From positions 6,615-70,614 of IMG/VR virus record IMGVR_UViG_3300010035_000001: a stretch of DNA of 64,000 nt, one strand, 5' to 3'. Shown in pieces: positions 17,807 to 27,108 of the stretch. Position 1 is the first letter of the stretch; each line of letters starts with the position of its first letter. Position numbers and translations under genes: made by a program. Source of the DNA: a virus. The notes under the pieces are model-generated. The model did not search any database. It was not told the DNA's origin and saw only the letters and a program-made list of their open reading frames with translations.

Positions 17807-18843
17807 GATGTCTCTCCTACGCTTGCGAACTTGGAAAACTGGGAATATGGTACTGCTTGTTCCAAATACCCCCGTAACGCCTCTCGAGGATACTCACCCG
17901 GATCCCCTTGAGGTAAAAAAACCAAACGAACATCGGGAAAGACCCCGGCCAGCCGCGGCGCATGATTGAACATCTCTTTCCACGCACCAAATGGCTCAGT
18001 CCTGGACGGTCCATCCCACATCAAAATGATCGAACGGACACCCTTTCTTTTCAGCTTCAAAATCTGCAATGGGGAAATGGTTTTCCCGAACGTCGCGACA
18101 GCATCATATCCTACGTGTATCGCATCAATGGGCCCCTCGGTAATCACCACCGTTGGATATTGGCAGGCTATGTCTAAGTTAAACAACACCTCCGTAGCAG
18201 TTGCACATTCCGCCAAATTTGGCGGATTCAGCGTTTTGATATACCGCCCCCAGGTTTGCTGGCTTTCTGACCACATCGCACGCGCCTGAAAATACTTCAG
18301 CTTCTGATCCTCCCAACACGGAAAGATCAACCGGTTTGCATACGTTCCAGACACGCAACCAAACAAACCAAAATGGTGTATATCATCTACTGTTATACCC
18401 CTGGATGCACAGTACGTCAATATGGTGTTTCGATTAAAATCCGATCCCGGGGGCCAGGGAATCTCCGGATGTTCAAAATTCCCTTCAACACTGCCCCAAT
18501 CAGGCGACAATACCTCCGGCAATTCCGCAGTACCCCCAGCCATCCCCCGGGCACCTTGCATCACAATCTGTACTGCACGAAACTTTGTGCACCCCTCCAC
18601 CAACTCAATCAATGCCAGGAGGCCCCCGGCACCCTTCACCGGAACCTTCTTACCAAATTGGTTATAAACGTACTCCTGACAAAAGAAACAATGCCAGGAC
18701 TTCCGCTGCATGTGCACAGCCAATTTCCGTTTACCACAAATCGGGCAGTCCATAATCCATTCGTGGCCTTTGATGTCCTCTCCACCTTGATCAGTCACGT
18801 AGGATTCAAGATCAAATAATTCAATTGCCCGATCTAAATTCAA
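17803..18843 (-). CDS. dnaG: DNA primase (zinc finger + TOPRIM)
   Basis: CPICGK...WHCFFC, RLIFP, VVITEGPIDAI, MWDG, DPG. Confidence 0.9.
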   Translation of the reverse strand: MNLDRAIELFDLESYVTDQGGEDIKGHEWIMDCPICGKRKLAVHMQRKSWHCFFCQEYVYNQFGKKVPVKGAGGLLALIELVEGCTKFRAVQIVMQGARGMAGGTAELPEVLSPDWGSVEGNFEHPEIPWPPGSDFNRNTILTYCASRGITVDDIHHFGLFGCVSGTYANRLIFPCWEDQKLKYFQARAMWSESQQTWGRYIKTLNPPNLAECATATEVLFNLDIACQYPTVVITEGPIDAIHVGYDAVATFGKTISPLQILKLKRKGVRSIILMWDGPSRTEPFGAWKEMFNHAPRLAGVFPDVRLVFLPQGDPGEYPREALRGYLEQAVPYSQFSKFASVGETS

Positions 18844-20285
18844 AAAGGCCCCCCTTGCTGAGTCGGGAACGCCTGTGGCGCATACCCAATAGGGGTACCA
18901 ATTTGGGGGGTAGGAATGATCTTCTCAGCAGAATCCCGCACAGTGGTAAACAGCATCCTTGAAAAATCGGCTCTAACCGTTGTCAGTTGTCCAGCCAAAT
19001 TGTCTCGGTAAATCTCATGGTACAACCGTGCTTGCTTCCCACGTCGCTCTTCCAACGTCTGATTAATCGTTCCCATGAAATCAACAATACGGACCTTTGC
19101 AAAGGCGTCTGCAACGTTCTTAACTTGGAGCACCCCCTCATCCACATCTATGTCTTTCACCGGTCTCTGCGCCTGGGATGCGGTCCACAGAGCGTACCCT
19201 CGCTTAGCCAGCTGTTTCAAATCCTGGAATGCCGCTGCCTGGTGAGAGGTTTCGTTGTGCTTGCCCTTCTCCTGGCTTCGGAGGAGATCCCCATAATCCA
19301 CCACCAACAGATCCGGACGCCATGAGAAGTTCCCTCGAAGATCCTTCAACTCCTCCCAAATGTCCGCGCAAGAATACGTCCACTTCTCAGTGAACGCGCG
19401 AATAACCAAAGACCGACCATACATCTGATATTCAAACTGGAGGCTGTTGAACACCTGAGAGGTCAGATCACTGCGTTTAACCTTGTTGTATAGCTCATTC
19501 GCAAAAAAGGTATCGTACCTCGCCTCGGTCTGTTGCCGATCCCCTTCGAACACCAAATGCAAAACAGGATGGGCCCCGCGTCGGATTGCTTGCGCCCCCA
19601 GGTTGATCAACATCGTGGATTTCCCACGCTTGGCGTAGGCCACCCAAGCGCCTATTTCCCCAATCGACAATCCCCCATCCAAAACTTGATCGGTCTCCGG
19701 CATACCAGTCGGTATGGCTTCCCAACTGGGGTCCACAGCCAGCCGATCCGAATACCTCTGAAGAAATTCTTCGAAGAAAAATGACCTATCAGGCATCTCC
19801 ATTTCAGTGTTCCGGATCGCTGACACGACCCGATCCATCACCTGATAGCTCTCTTCCAGCTCCCCCTTGTTGAACAAACTCCGGGCCTCATGGAAACCCT
19901 GATAGAAAAGACAACGCTTAACGAAATCAAGTGTCTTGTCCCTGACCCATTCCTCAGCTTGAAACTTGTTCGAACGAAGATGATCCAAAGACACCCTGTA
20001 CAATTCCCGAACTTCGGGAGTCAGCCCCCGTGCTTCCTCAATAAGAATCGCCAAAGTGGGAATCGCCTGGTACCGATCGTAATAGCTCTTGATCTGATGA
20101 ACGGCCCAAATCAAAACCTCATGTTCAAAGTATTCGGGTTCCAGAAAATTCAGAACCTTGACCGCAAAATACGGATCCGCGGTCAACAATTGGACCAACA
20201 CCTGTTGGAATTCCAGGCCATAAGGAAGGACTGGAGCCTGAGCCGCGGCTTCAGCCTGCTGATACCGCACAAGCTGATTATCCAT
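18840..20285 (-). CDS. dnaB: replicative DNA helicase (DnaB/gp41-like)
   Basis: Walker A AKRGKST, LVFEG, LVVDYGDLL, WTASQAQR. Confidence 0.9.
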   Translation of the reverse strand: MDNQLVRYQQAEAAAQAPVLPYGLEFQQVLVQLLTADPYFAVKVLNFLEPEYFEHEVLIWAVHQIKSYYDRYQAIPTLAILIEEARGLTPEVRELYRVSLDHLRSNKFQAEEWVRDKTLDFVKRCLFYQGFHEARSLFNKGELEESYQVMDRVVSAIRNTEMEMPDRSFFFEEFLQRYSDRLAVDPSWEAIPTGMPETDQVLDGGLSIGEIGAWVAYAKRGKSTMLINLGAQAIRRGAHPVLHLVFEGDRQQTEARYDTFFANELYNKVKRSDLTSQVFNSLQFEYQMYGRSLVIRAFTEKWTYSCADIWEELKDLRGNFSWRPDLLVVDYGDLLRSQEKGKHNETSHQAAAFQDLKQLAKRGYALWTASQAQRPVKDIDVDEGVLQVKNVADAFAKVRIVDFMGTINQTLEERRGKQARLYHEIYRDNLAGQLTTVRADFSRMLFTTVRDSAEKIIPTPQIGTPIGYAPQAFPTQQGGPF

Positions 20286-20943
20286 CGACGGGTTTCCTAG
20301 ACTTTGACTTTGATTTCATCGCCGCAAATAATGCCTGCGACCTGGCAGTAGATGATTTGATCAAACCATTACGCAAGGCCATGATGTCAAACGGGACACT
20401 CCCAACCAATCGATCGTGGCAACCAAAACGAAGAGAGCAAAACAAACACACTTCCGAATTGGGATGATACCCCATCGTGTTTTCGAAATCGTCAAAACAC
20501 TTCTGTGGATTCTGTTCGGTCTGGACATAGGAGATTTTCAGCTTTTCCACCCCCGGAGAAATATCGCGATTCGGATCATACCTTTCCGGATTGTCCACAT
20601 CATCGTAATCCTCAACCCCTTGCTCAGCCGCCAACCGTTGCTTGTATACCTTCCACCGACTCAAATTCTTGTACTTAGGATAGTGTTTTTCAGACTGAAG
20701 ATGCGCTTTTTCGAGACGAGGAGGGAAAAACCAACGGCGGACCGAAAACAGAGAATAGATCCACAACCGCGGATTCACCTCCTTTTCTTTCGACCAGGTC
20801 AAAAAGGATTCAATGATCTCCTGCCGTTCCGCCGTCAATTTCAGATCGCGCAAATGAGGATTTTGTTGTTTTCGTTTCTGGACATGGGCCGTCATGTTTC
20901 GATAGTAGTTGTAATCCGCAAAAATCTGATCGACAGAAGACAT
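20278..20943 (-). CDS. hypothetical protein, possible helicase loader or initiator
   Basis: ORF track; between SF2 helicase and DnaB; C-terminal CLFCSLRFGC. Confidence 0.6.
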   Translation of the reverse strand: MSSVDQIFADYNYYRNMTAHVQKRKQQNPHLRDLKLTAERQEIIESFLTWSKEKEVNPRLWIYSLFSVRRWFFPPRLEKAHLQSEKHYPKYKNLSRWKVYKQRLAAEQGVEDYDDVDNPERYDPNRDISPGVEKLKISYVQTEQNPQKCFDDFENTMGYHPNSEVCLFCSLRFGCHDRLVGSVPFDIMALRNGLIKSSTARSQALFAAMKSKSKSRKPVDG

Positions 20944-20955
20944 ACAAAATCTCCT

Positions 20956-22458
20956 TCACCCCGCTTGACGTTGACTCAACCACTGTGGAAACTCCTGAGC
21001 ATCATTCATCACCGAAACATCAAAAATCGGATCTTTTCCGTAGATACGCAATCGAGATGCACTGTGGTCCAAGAGCTTGTGATGATGCCTATCCGCGAAG
21101 TCCACAAGAATCGCATTCGTCTTTCCGGGATGAGCCGTACAGATTCTATACATCGCCTGAACCAAGCTCACTTCAGCCTTCTCACCACGCGCTAAAACCA
21201 GCGCATCCGCGGAAGGCATATCGACCCCCTCACCAAGAATCGTGGTCCCAATCAACACCTTAACAGCCCCACGTTCCTCAAACGAATCCAATACCTCCTT
21301 TTGCCGATCCCGCTTCATGTCGGTGGAAATGAACTCTATCGGATTCAAACTGGTATTCGGCTCTCGAGCCGGAGACAACCCCGACAGCATTTCGAGAATC
21401 ATTTTCCCTTGCTTCTTCGTGCCAACCAAAATCAGTACCGTGCGTCCCGTCTGCAACAAGAAGTTCGCCGTGTAGGAAACTAAGAGATTCCGATTCTCGT
21501 GCTCATGGATCCCGTGCTTCCCATAACCACCGGTCCAGCCACCTCGAATCCCACTGAGACTCTGGAATTGAGATGGGAGAAAAGCCACATGGACAGGCAC
21601 CAGATAGCCTCGACGCATTAGCTCATCACTCTTGATTTTGAACAACGTACGAGAAAGCTTGGCGTACAACGCGAGATCATCAGCCCCCGACCGAAAAAAA
21701 GTCCCGGTCATCCCGAGCCGATAATAGACATGAGGGCAACGCCCAAAAATCTCATTGTACGAGTCCGCGGCCGCATGATGGAATTCATCCACGATCAATG
21801 CTTCTCGCGTTTGATAAAACTCCTGTGGTAATTCTTTCGCCGTTGCAGCTGTACAAACCACCAATCGGGAACTTTGGTAATCCCCCCAACACGTGGCCCC
21901 CACCAAATGGTGGCCGTAATTCGGACCAAACCACTGATCAATGACCCCAACGGTCTGAGCCGCGATCCGATGTGTAGGCGCCAACCAGACCATTGGTACC
22001 GCCAACCGTCGAGCTATCTCCACCATGGTCCGCGTCTTGCCGGATCGCGGGGGCATGTCCAAAACACCCCGACCTTCCGCGACCGCGACATTAACGGCTT
22101 CCTGCTGGTAATCCCGCAATGGAATGTCAATCAGGGGAGGCACATCCCCCAAGGGCTTTTCCCGCATGTCCTGAATTCGAATGTAGGAACAAAGACCCAA
22201 CTGCCCAGATACCCACCAGGCCAAGTCCAACAAGCCTGTCGGGAACCAATCCGGATCCCGTTTATTCCGATGATACAACCGGTGGATCCCATCCCATCCC
22301 GGATTGATATCATCATCAGGCAGTTCAATGTTTTGCGCCCTGAGAATAGCGATCTGACTGGGGTAAGACAGGTACTCGTGGAGGCCGTTTGCAAGTAGTG
22401 TAGGAGGGTTTACTACTTCAACACGATCGTTGTAGACCTTAAACAGAATTTCCGACAT
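20956..22458 (-). CDS. superfamily 2 (UvsW/XPB-like) DNA helicase
   Basis: LRDYQ, PPRSGKT, IVDEFHH, GMTGT, LGEGVD, QAMYR motifs. Confidence 0.92.
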   Translation of the reverse strand: MSEILFKVYNDRVEVVNPPTLLANGLHEYLSYPSQIAILRAQNIELPDDDINPGWDGIHRLYHRNKRDPDWFPTGLLDLAWWVSGQLGLCSYIRIQDMREKPLGDVPPLIDIPLRDYQQEAVNVAVAEGRGVLDMPPRSGKTRTMVEIARRLAVPMVWLAPTHRIAAQTVGVIDQWFGPNYGHHLVGATCWGDYQSSRLVVCTAATAKELPQEFYQTREALIVDEFHHAAADSYNEIFGRCPHVYYRLGMTGTFFRSGADDLALYAKLSRTLFKIKSDELMRRGYLVPVHVAFLPSQFQSLSGIRGGWTGGYGKHGIHEHENRNLLVSYTANFLLQTGRTVLILVGTKKQGKMILEMLSGLSPAREPNTSLNPIEFISTDMKRDRQKEVLDSFEERGAVKVLIGTTILGEGVDMPSADALVLARGEKAEVSLVQAMYRICTAHPGKTNAILVDFADRHHHKLLDHSASRLRIYGKDPIFDVSVMNDAQEFPQWLSQRQAG

Positions 22459-22530
22459 GCCACACTCGCAAGCTCAAGATGCAACAGCTAAACAAGCCTG
22501 TTGGAATTCCGATAGTATTGAACATTGAAG

Positions 22531-22559
22531 AATGTACGCCATAATGGTGTTTTCGTCAA
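22531..22559 (-). promoter_or_regulatory. sigma70-type promoter P3 with spacer palindrome CACCATTATGGCG
   Basis: TTGACG-17 nt-TACATT upstream of the helicase-primase operon. Confidence 0.7.
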
Positions 22560-22981
22560 CCGAAAATCCGGCGTCTTTCTTCAACCCTTCTTGCTGCAGT
22601 GCGCCTAGCGTCTATTTCAAAAGGGTTTTTCTTGTACCCCACAACACACAAAAATACCAAATAGAGAATCCATTGAAACACAGAGAGCACCATCATCTGC
22701 TCCACATGCCGCATCTCGTGCTCAATTGTCAATTCTCTGATCCCCTTAGGCAACCGGCTTCGAATCACCACGAAAGGACCCCAGGCCCACCCGCGGAGAT
22801 TTGGAAACTTTCGACCCAACCAAGAGTTAGGCTTCAAGTAAAAGAAGGGGAATCGGCCCGTGTACCAATACCCCCAATGAATCCAACCCAACCAAAACGA
22901 CACCATGACCCCAAACCACGCGACCACAGTCACAGGAGCCATCCAAAGATTGCCAACAACATAAAAGAATTTTGAGTGCAT
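22556..22981 (-). CDS. small membrane protein with HExxH zincin-like motif
   Basis: two hydrophobic segments; IEHEMRHVEQ followed by NPFEIDAR. Confidence 0.7.
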   Translation of the reverse strand: MHSKFFYVVGNLWMAPVTVVAWFGVMVSFWLGWIHWGYWYTGRFPFFYLKPNSWLGRKFPNLRGWAWGPFVVIRSRLPKGIRELTIEHEMRHVEQMMVLSVFQWILYLVFLCVVGYKKNPFEIDARRTAARRVEERRRIFG

Positions 22982-23314
22982 AGATCTCTCCCAATATGAT
23001 CATAAGATCAATGGTTTTTATTTCTGGAATTAATGGTTTTTTCTTAAGAATTTTCATACTCTTTATTTCTGGAAAAATTCAAGATCATTTCTCACTGATT
23101 TTAAAAAAGCTATAGTAAGAAAGATAGTGATTACTATCTTAAACGCTTGAGAAAGAAAATTTGGAAAATTTATTTTTAACTATTTTATTTCTGGAAGAAC
23201 TAACCCAGTCAAATAAAAGGAAAAACGAGACGAAAAAAAGTTTCAAAAATTTGTTCCAGAAATAAATCTATTTTTCCAGAAAGAAAGAACCCAGAACAGA
23301 ATTTTAAAGGAAAA
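22982..23314. repeat. AT-rich non-coding region with five TTCCAGAAATAAA-type repeats and a perfect hairpin; candidate origin or regulatory hub
   Basis: TTTATTTCTGGAA at 23017, 23062, 23184; TTCCAGAAA(T/G)AAA at 23254, 23274; AAGATAGT-gatt-ACTATCTT at 23121-23140. Confidence 0.7.
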
Positions 23315-23803
23315 CTACCTAACTTGATCTATCACAAGAACGGTCAAACAGATGGCTAAAGTCGTACCCGCTGCCACTACGATCGGTTGCTTCCAGAATG
23401 AATCAAGACGGTCAATTTCTTTCAGATACATCTCTTCCTTTTTGGCATAGGTAACTTGATCAGATTCTCGAAGAGCATTTAGCCGATTGATTTCAGCTTG
23501 AAAAAGGCCCGTTTTCTTTTCCACTTCAAGATTGAGTCTTGCGTTGTAGTACATCGCTTTTTGTCCAAGATGAAGGGCCAGATTTGGAGTCAACAACTGT
23601 CCTGAAAACGGGGCAATATCTCCCTCCTCCATGTCCTGACTGCAATGGGTCGGTTTTTTCAAACTACATTCTGCGTTTTCCGTACCCGCTCCCACCTGAA
23701 CCGAGAACAAACTAGTCAACATCCCCAGCACGAACCAGAAATTTCGCCAGTTTAGCGGGATTTTTTCGCAATCTAATTGCCTCTTTTTGCTGCTTCTCAT
23801 TGA
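23315..23803 (-). CDS. secreted/membrane protein, spanin-like partner (signal peptide, coiled coil, C-terminal TM)
   Basis: FWFVLGMLTSLFSVQVGA signal-like; GDIAPFSGQLL; C-terminal IVVAAGTTLAICLTVLVI; overlaps upstream gene by ~90 nt. Confidence 0.5.
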   Translation of the reverse strand, partial: SMRSSKKRQLDCEKIPLNWRNFWFVLGMLTSLFSVQVGAGTENAECSLKKPTHCSQDMEEGDIAPFSGQLLTPNLALHLGQKAMYYNARLNLEVEKKTGLFQAEINRLNALRESDQVTYAKKEEMYLKEIDRLDSFWKQPIVVAAGTTLAICLTVLVIDQVR

Positions 23804-24017
23804 GATCTTCCTTTTGCCTCTCGTACTGGGCTCGGACTTCAGCAACGGCCCGATCATGGTCACTTCCTATTTGCGCTTCACGCACTCTCCGTTCCGCCTC
23901 AATGGCACTGACTTCTCGAAGTAACCTTGGGATAGGGTTTCGCCCTCGGAAGAGATACAGGGCTGCCACAAAGACACCAAACGGGATGATGTACCAGTAT
24001 GCCCGAAGCCACTTCAC
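23712..24017 (-). CDS. inner-membrane spanin-like protein
   Basis: N-terminal TM (YWYIIPFGVFVAALYLF) followed by coiled coil; directly after the holin candidate. Confidence 0.55.
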   Translation of the reverse strand: MKWLRAYWYIIPFGVFVAALYLFRGRNPIPRLLREVSAIEAERRVREAQIGSDHDRAVAEVRAQYERQKEDLNEKQQKEAIRLRKNPAKLAKFLVRAGDVD

Positions 24018-24334
24018 TAGACACCACCCATTTTAAAAGTTTCAGTTGTTCCATCCTTCCTGGTTTTTGAAAGGGTGGAGTTGATCTTGCTCCCGAGTTC
24101 ATAGCCGCAAAGCGTCATGAACACCGGCATCATTCCATCGGGCAATGGGGTTGCAGGATCCCCAAGAATGGCTTTTCGCCAACACCACATCATCATCAGC
24201 AAAACGGCCAACAAGGAAGCCCGGCCCAAAGAGACTCGGTTGATCCCATCGGGACCAGCCTTCATGATCAACCCACCGACATATTTATGTGTCCAGTTTT
24301 TGATCCCTTTCCAGATTTTCAGACTTTTTTCCAT
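24017..24334 (-). CDS. holin-like membrane protein
   Basis: 105 aa, two hydrophobic segments, charged C-terminus; follows the tail fibre block. Confidence 0.5.
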   Translation of the reverse strand: MEKSLKIWKGIKNWTHKYVGGLIMKAGPDGINRVSLGRASLLAVLLMMMWCWRKAILGDPATPLPDGMMPVFMTLCGYELGSKINSTLSKTRKDGTTETFKMGGV

Positions 24335-24647
24335 CGGGTTCTCCTTCTTCCACCTTGAAAAAATGTTGGATATCCCCCAGTTGTTTTCCTTGAAATAGCG
24401 TCATTTCCCGTTGACTATTCGCAATCATAGTTTGAAGTTTGGCCAACTCATCCTGCAATTGTCCAATCCGGGTCAAATTCCGTTTCATCTCTTCCAGAAA
24501 GTAGATCCCTAGGTCAGTCTTGGGTTCCCGTTTTCCAGACAAGTACTCTTCAATCAGCTTTGGACGATTGGCCGGCACTTCCGGCGAATCGACAGGCAAG
24601 ACTTCCATTTCTCCAGAGATGATTTTCTTCTTTGTGTCGTCGGACAT
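24285..24647 (-). CDS. hypothetical coiled-coil protein
   Basis: GGGAG SD; heptad-rich central region. Confidence 0.65.
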   Translation of the reverse strand: MSDDTKKKIISGEMEVLPVDSPEVPANRPKLIEEYLSGKREPKTDLGIYFLEEMKRNLTRIGQLQDELAKLQTMIANSQREMTLFQGKQLGDIQHFFKVEEGEPDGKKSENLERDQKLDT

Positions 24648-24665
24648 GATGTCTCCCTTTGTGTC

Positions 24666-27098
24666 TTATGTCCCAGTCCAATACGGGATGTAGATCGCAG
24701 TTGTTCCTGAATAGAATTTGATCCAACCTGTGTTGGACGAAGCATCAGAACCATTGATAGTTCGAGCAGTCGTCAAACCGGATGTGGTAACTGAACAATC
24801 GAAGGTGAAATAATTGGCTGCTCCCGAAGACGCAACACCAGTTTTTACTCGACCAATACCATCCAAGGATATTGTGGGATTACTTCCAACACCACCAATC
24901 GTGATGGTGTCTTCTGCATTGAGAGTCAATGTCCCAATTTCATAGTCGTAAGTTGTTCCTGGTTTGGCCACCATTTTAAATCCATTGAAGGCATTCCCAG
25001 GGGTGCTGTACTGGTGAGAACTGATCCTCAATTCATCTTGATCAACAACAATTCTGAATTTTCCAATGTCATTGGTTGCATCTTGATGGTTGAATTCCAA
25101 AGTCGCTTCACCAATGCTTGATTCATAGTTGATCGTTGCTTTGTTCACCGTGGCGTAATCCGAAAACACCGTACCCCAATTGAGTGATGTGCTCCCGATG
25201 TTACCTTCCCCATCTGCCCGCGGCAAAATGTCTGGATGAGTTCCGGTATCCCCGGCATCTCCTACTGTAATGCTCTCTAGCGCACCATTCGCATCTCGGG
25301 TGAACAAAAGACAATCATGCACAGCAGAGGCATTGTCTACGGAAGCAATAACAAAATTGTCTCCATCAGCCCGCATCGTTGCGGTATCGCGATTAATTGA
25401 AGCCGTGGAATTATAGATCTCGAAATACGTATCGTAAAACAAGCATCTTTGATCAAATTGGGTCCTGGTCGATGGATTCAAAAAGATCTGATTCGCCTCA
25501 AGATGTACGTCCCCACCAGCGCTGTCTGCTCGAAGCCAAAGATCTTCAATGGCCGGATTCACATTTGAAAATTTGTCTGCTTGCAAAAACACTGTGGAAT
25601 CAGCTCCAGCTGAAGTCAAAGATGCCATGTGGAGTTCACCTGTGTTCTTTGCTTCTACGCGCCACATCCCACCATCAGACGCAACCGCTGTTTCATTGAG
25701 ACGTAAAGAGGCGGTTGTATCTTTGATTCGGATTGCTTTAGTCCACAGCAATTCAAATGGTTTTGTCGTGGCACCAAGACTGACAGTGGACGAAGGTCCA
25801 GGTACCATGTCCAAACCGACTTCAATCCCATAGGTCTCAGAGGATTCAACACCCAATCCAAGATAGACCCCGAGTACATTGGTTTGTTGGACAGCATTCC
25901 CCGATCGGGTCATCTTCAAAGCAGATGTTCCCACGGTACCCACATCAGAAAGGCTTCTCAGTTCTAGAGTTCCAGCCGTCCCACTTAAAAATTCCCAACG
26001 TCTATGATCAACAGCAACCCCTGTGTTGTCCCATTCCAGTGAAGGATCCGATGTTTTCTTGATTTGGACATCATCAAAGTGTCCAATCAATGACCAAATG
26101 TCCCTCCATTTATTGGCCTCAACACCTAAACCAACTGCTGTGCTACCTTCCAAGGCAATATTGGATTCTCGATACGAGATTCGATTCGTCCCACCGACAG
26201 ATAGATTCAATTGATTTTCACTTCGATCCCAGATGAGAGAATCATTGGTGTCAAAATTGATCGCTGGGTCTGTTCCATCAAAGTTCAAATTGAAAGAAGC
26301 GTCACCTATTGCAAGTCTATCTTCCACTGGATTGGCGTCAAAACCTATGTTCAGCCCACCAATATCACGAGCGTACCATGCCCGTAACCCACGGCCATTG
26401 ATATCTTCCAACCTTTGCCGGATCGCAGAAAACATGGTCTGAAAATCTTTGATACCATAGGTCGCCCGGTCTGCATTTCGATCATTGGCAGTACCACCAC
26501 CATCTGTGGACCATCCAGATTGGTAGCTATTATGGATGGGACCCTCAAAGTAAAAACTCCGTTGATCTGTGATCCCTGTGGTCGGCGCGGCCAATGTTGC
26601 TTGATCAACTTCTCCAATTTTCAACCATTCCAACCCTCGAGAAGAAGTTTCCACCATCAAATTCCAATTGGCTTCTTGCCGTGTATCAATCGCCTGACTG
26701 TACTCAGAACCATTCCCAGCAGGATCCCAAAAAACACGACTTTCATTCTCCCCATCAATGTACTCAAACCGAATGTACACACCGTAGGTTCCAGGCGTAT
26801 AACTCCCAATGTCGATGATTCTGGTGGCTTCCCCTGCCACTGCAACAGACCCATATTTGATCGTTCCCAGGTCTCGTCTAGCCAACACAGCAGCACCACG
26901 TGTGACTCTAACCTGTTTTCCACTTGGGCAATCAATACCAAAACCGGAAATGATCCATGACCTGGTTTTCTGTGGATCTGTAAAAACGTTGGCGACTACA
27001 TCCCGGACATGTTGTTCTGACATGTCCCCACCAATGAAAGACACATCTTGGAGATCCATTCGTTCATTGCTTTGAACGTTGACCATATTTCCTGACAT
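24666..27098 (-). CDS. tail fibre / receptor-binding protein
   Basis: 810 aa, beta-rich G/D/S/T composition with internal repeated modules; GAGGTGG SD at the revised start. Confidence 0.7.
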   Translation of the reverse strand: MSGNMVNVQSNERMDLQDVSFIGGDMSEQHVRDVVANVFTDPQKTRSWIISGFGIDCPSGKQVRVTRGAAVLARRDLGTIKYGSVAVAGEATRIIDIGSYTPGTYGVYIRFEYIDGENESRVFWDPAGNGSEYSQAIDTRQEANWNLMVETSSRGLEWLKIGEVDQATLAAPTTGITDQRSFYFEGPIHNSYQSGWSTDGGGTANDRNADRATYGIKDFQTMFSAIRQRLEDINGRGLRAWYARDIGGLNIGFDANPVEDRLAIGDASFNLNFDGTDPAINFDTNDSLIWDRSENQLNLSVGGTNRISYRESNIALEGSTAVGLGVEANKWRDIWSLIGHFDDVQIKKTSDPSLEWDNTGVAVDHRRWEFLSGTAGTLELRSLSDVGTVGTSALKMTRSGNAVQQTNVLGVYLGLGVESSETYGIEVGLDMVPGPSSTVSLGATTKPFELLWTKAIRIKDTTASLRLNETAVASDGGMWRVEAKNTGELHMASLTSAGADSTVFLQADKFSNVNPAIEDLWLRADSAGGDVHLEANQIFLNPSTRTQFDQRCLFYDTYFEIYNSTASINRDTATMRADGDNFVIASVDNASAVHDCLLFTRDANGALESITVGDAGDTGTHPDILPRADGEGNIGSTSLNWGTVFSDYATVNKATINYESSIGEATLEFNHQDATNDIGKFRIVVDQDELRISSHQYSTPGNAFNGFKMVAKPGTTYDYEIGTLTLNAEDTITIGGVGSNPTISLDGIGRVKTGVASSGAANYFTFDCSVTTSGLTTARTINGSDASSNTGWIKFYSGTTAIYIPYWTGT

Positions 27099-27108
27099 AG
27101 ACCACCTC

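Noticed and set aside
7738-22458. Inteins, introns or homing endonucleases in polA, dnaB, recA or helicase
   Set aside because: Proteins have normal lengths and contiguous motifs; no C/S...HN intein ends or LAGLIDADG/HNH ORFs seen
22827-23057. 76-aa ORF starting in the AT-rich region
   Set aside because: Overlaps the HExxH gene out of frame and runs through the repeat motif; no clear SD
23017-23286. CRISPR-like reading of the repeated 13-mer
   Set aside because: Repeats are too short, irregularly spaced (45, 122, 70, 20 nt), of mixed orientation, and there are no cas genes
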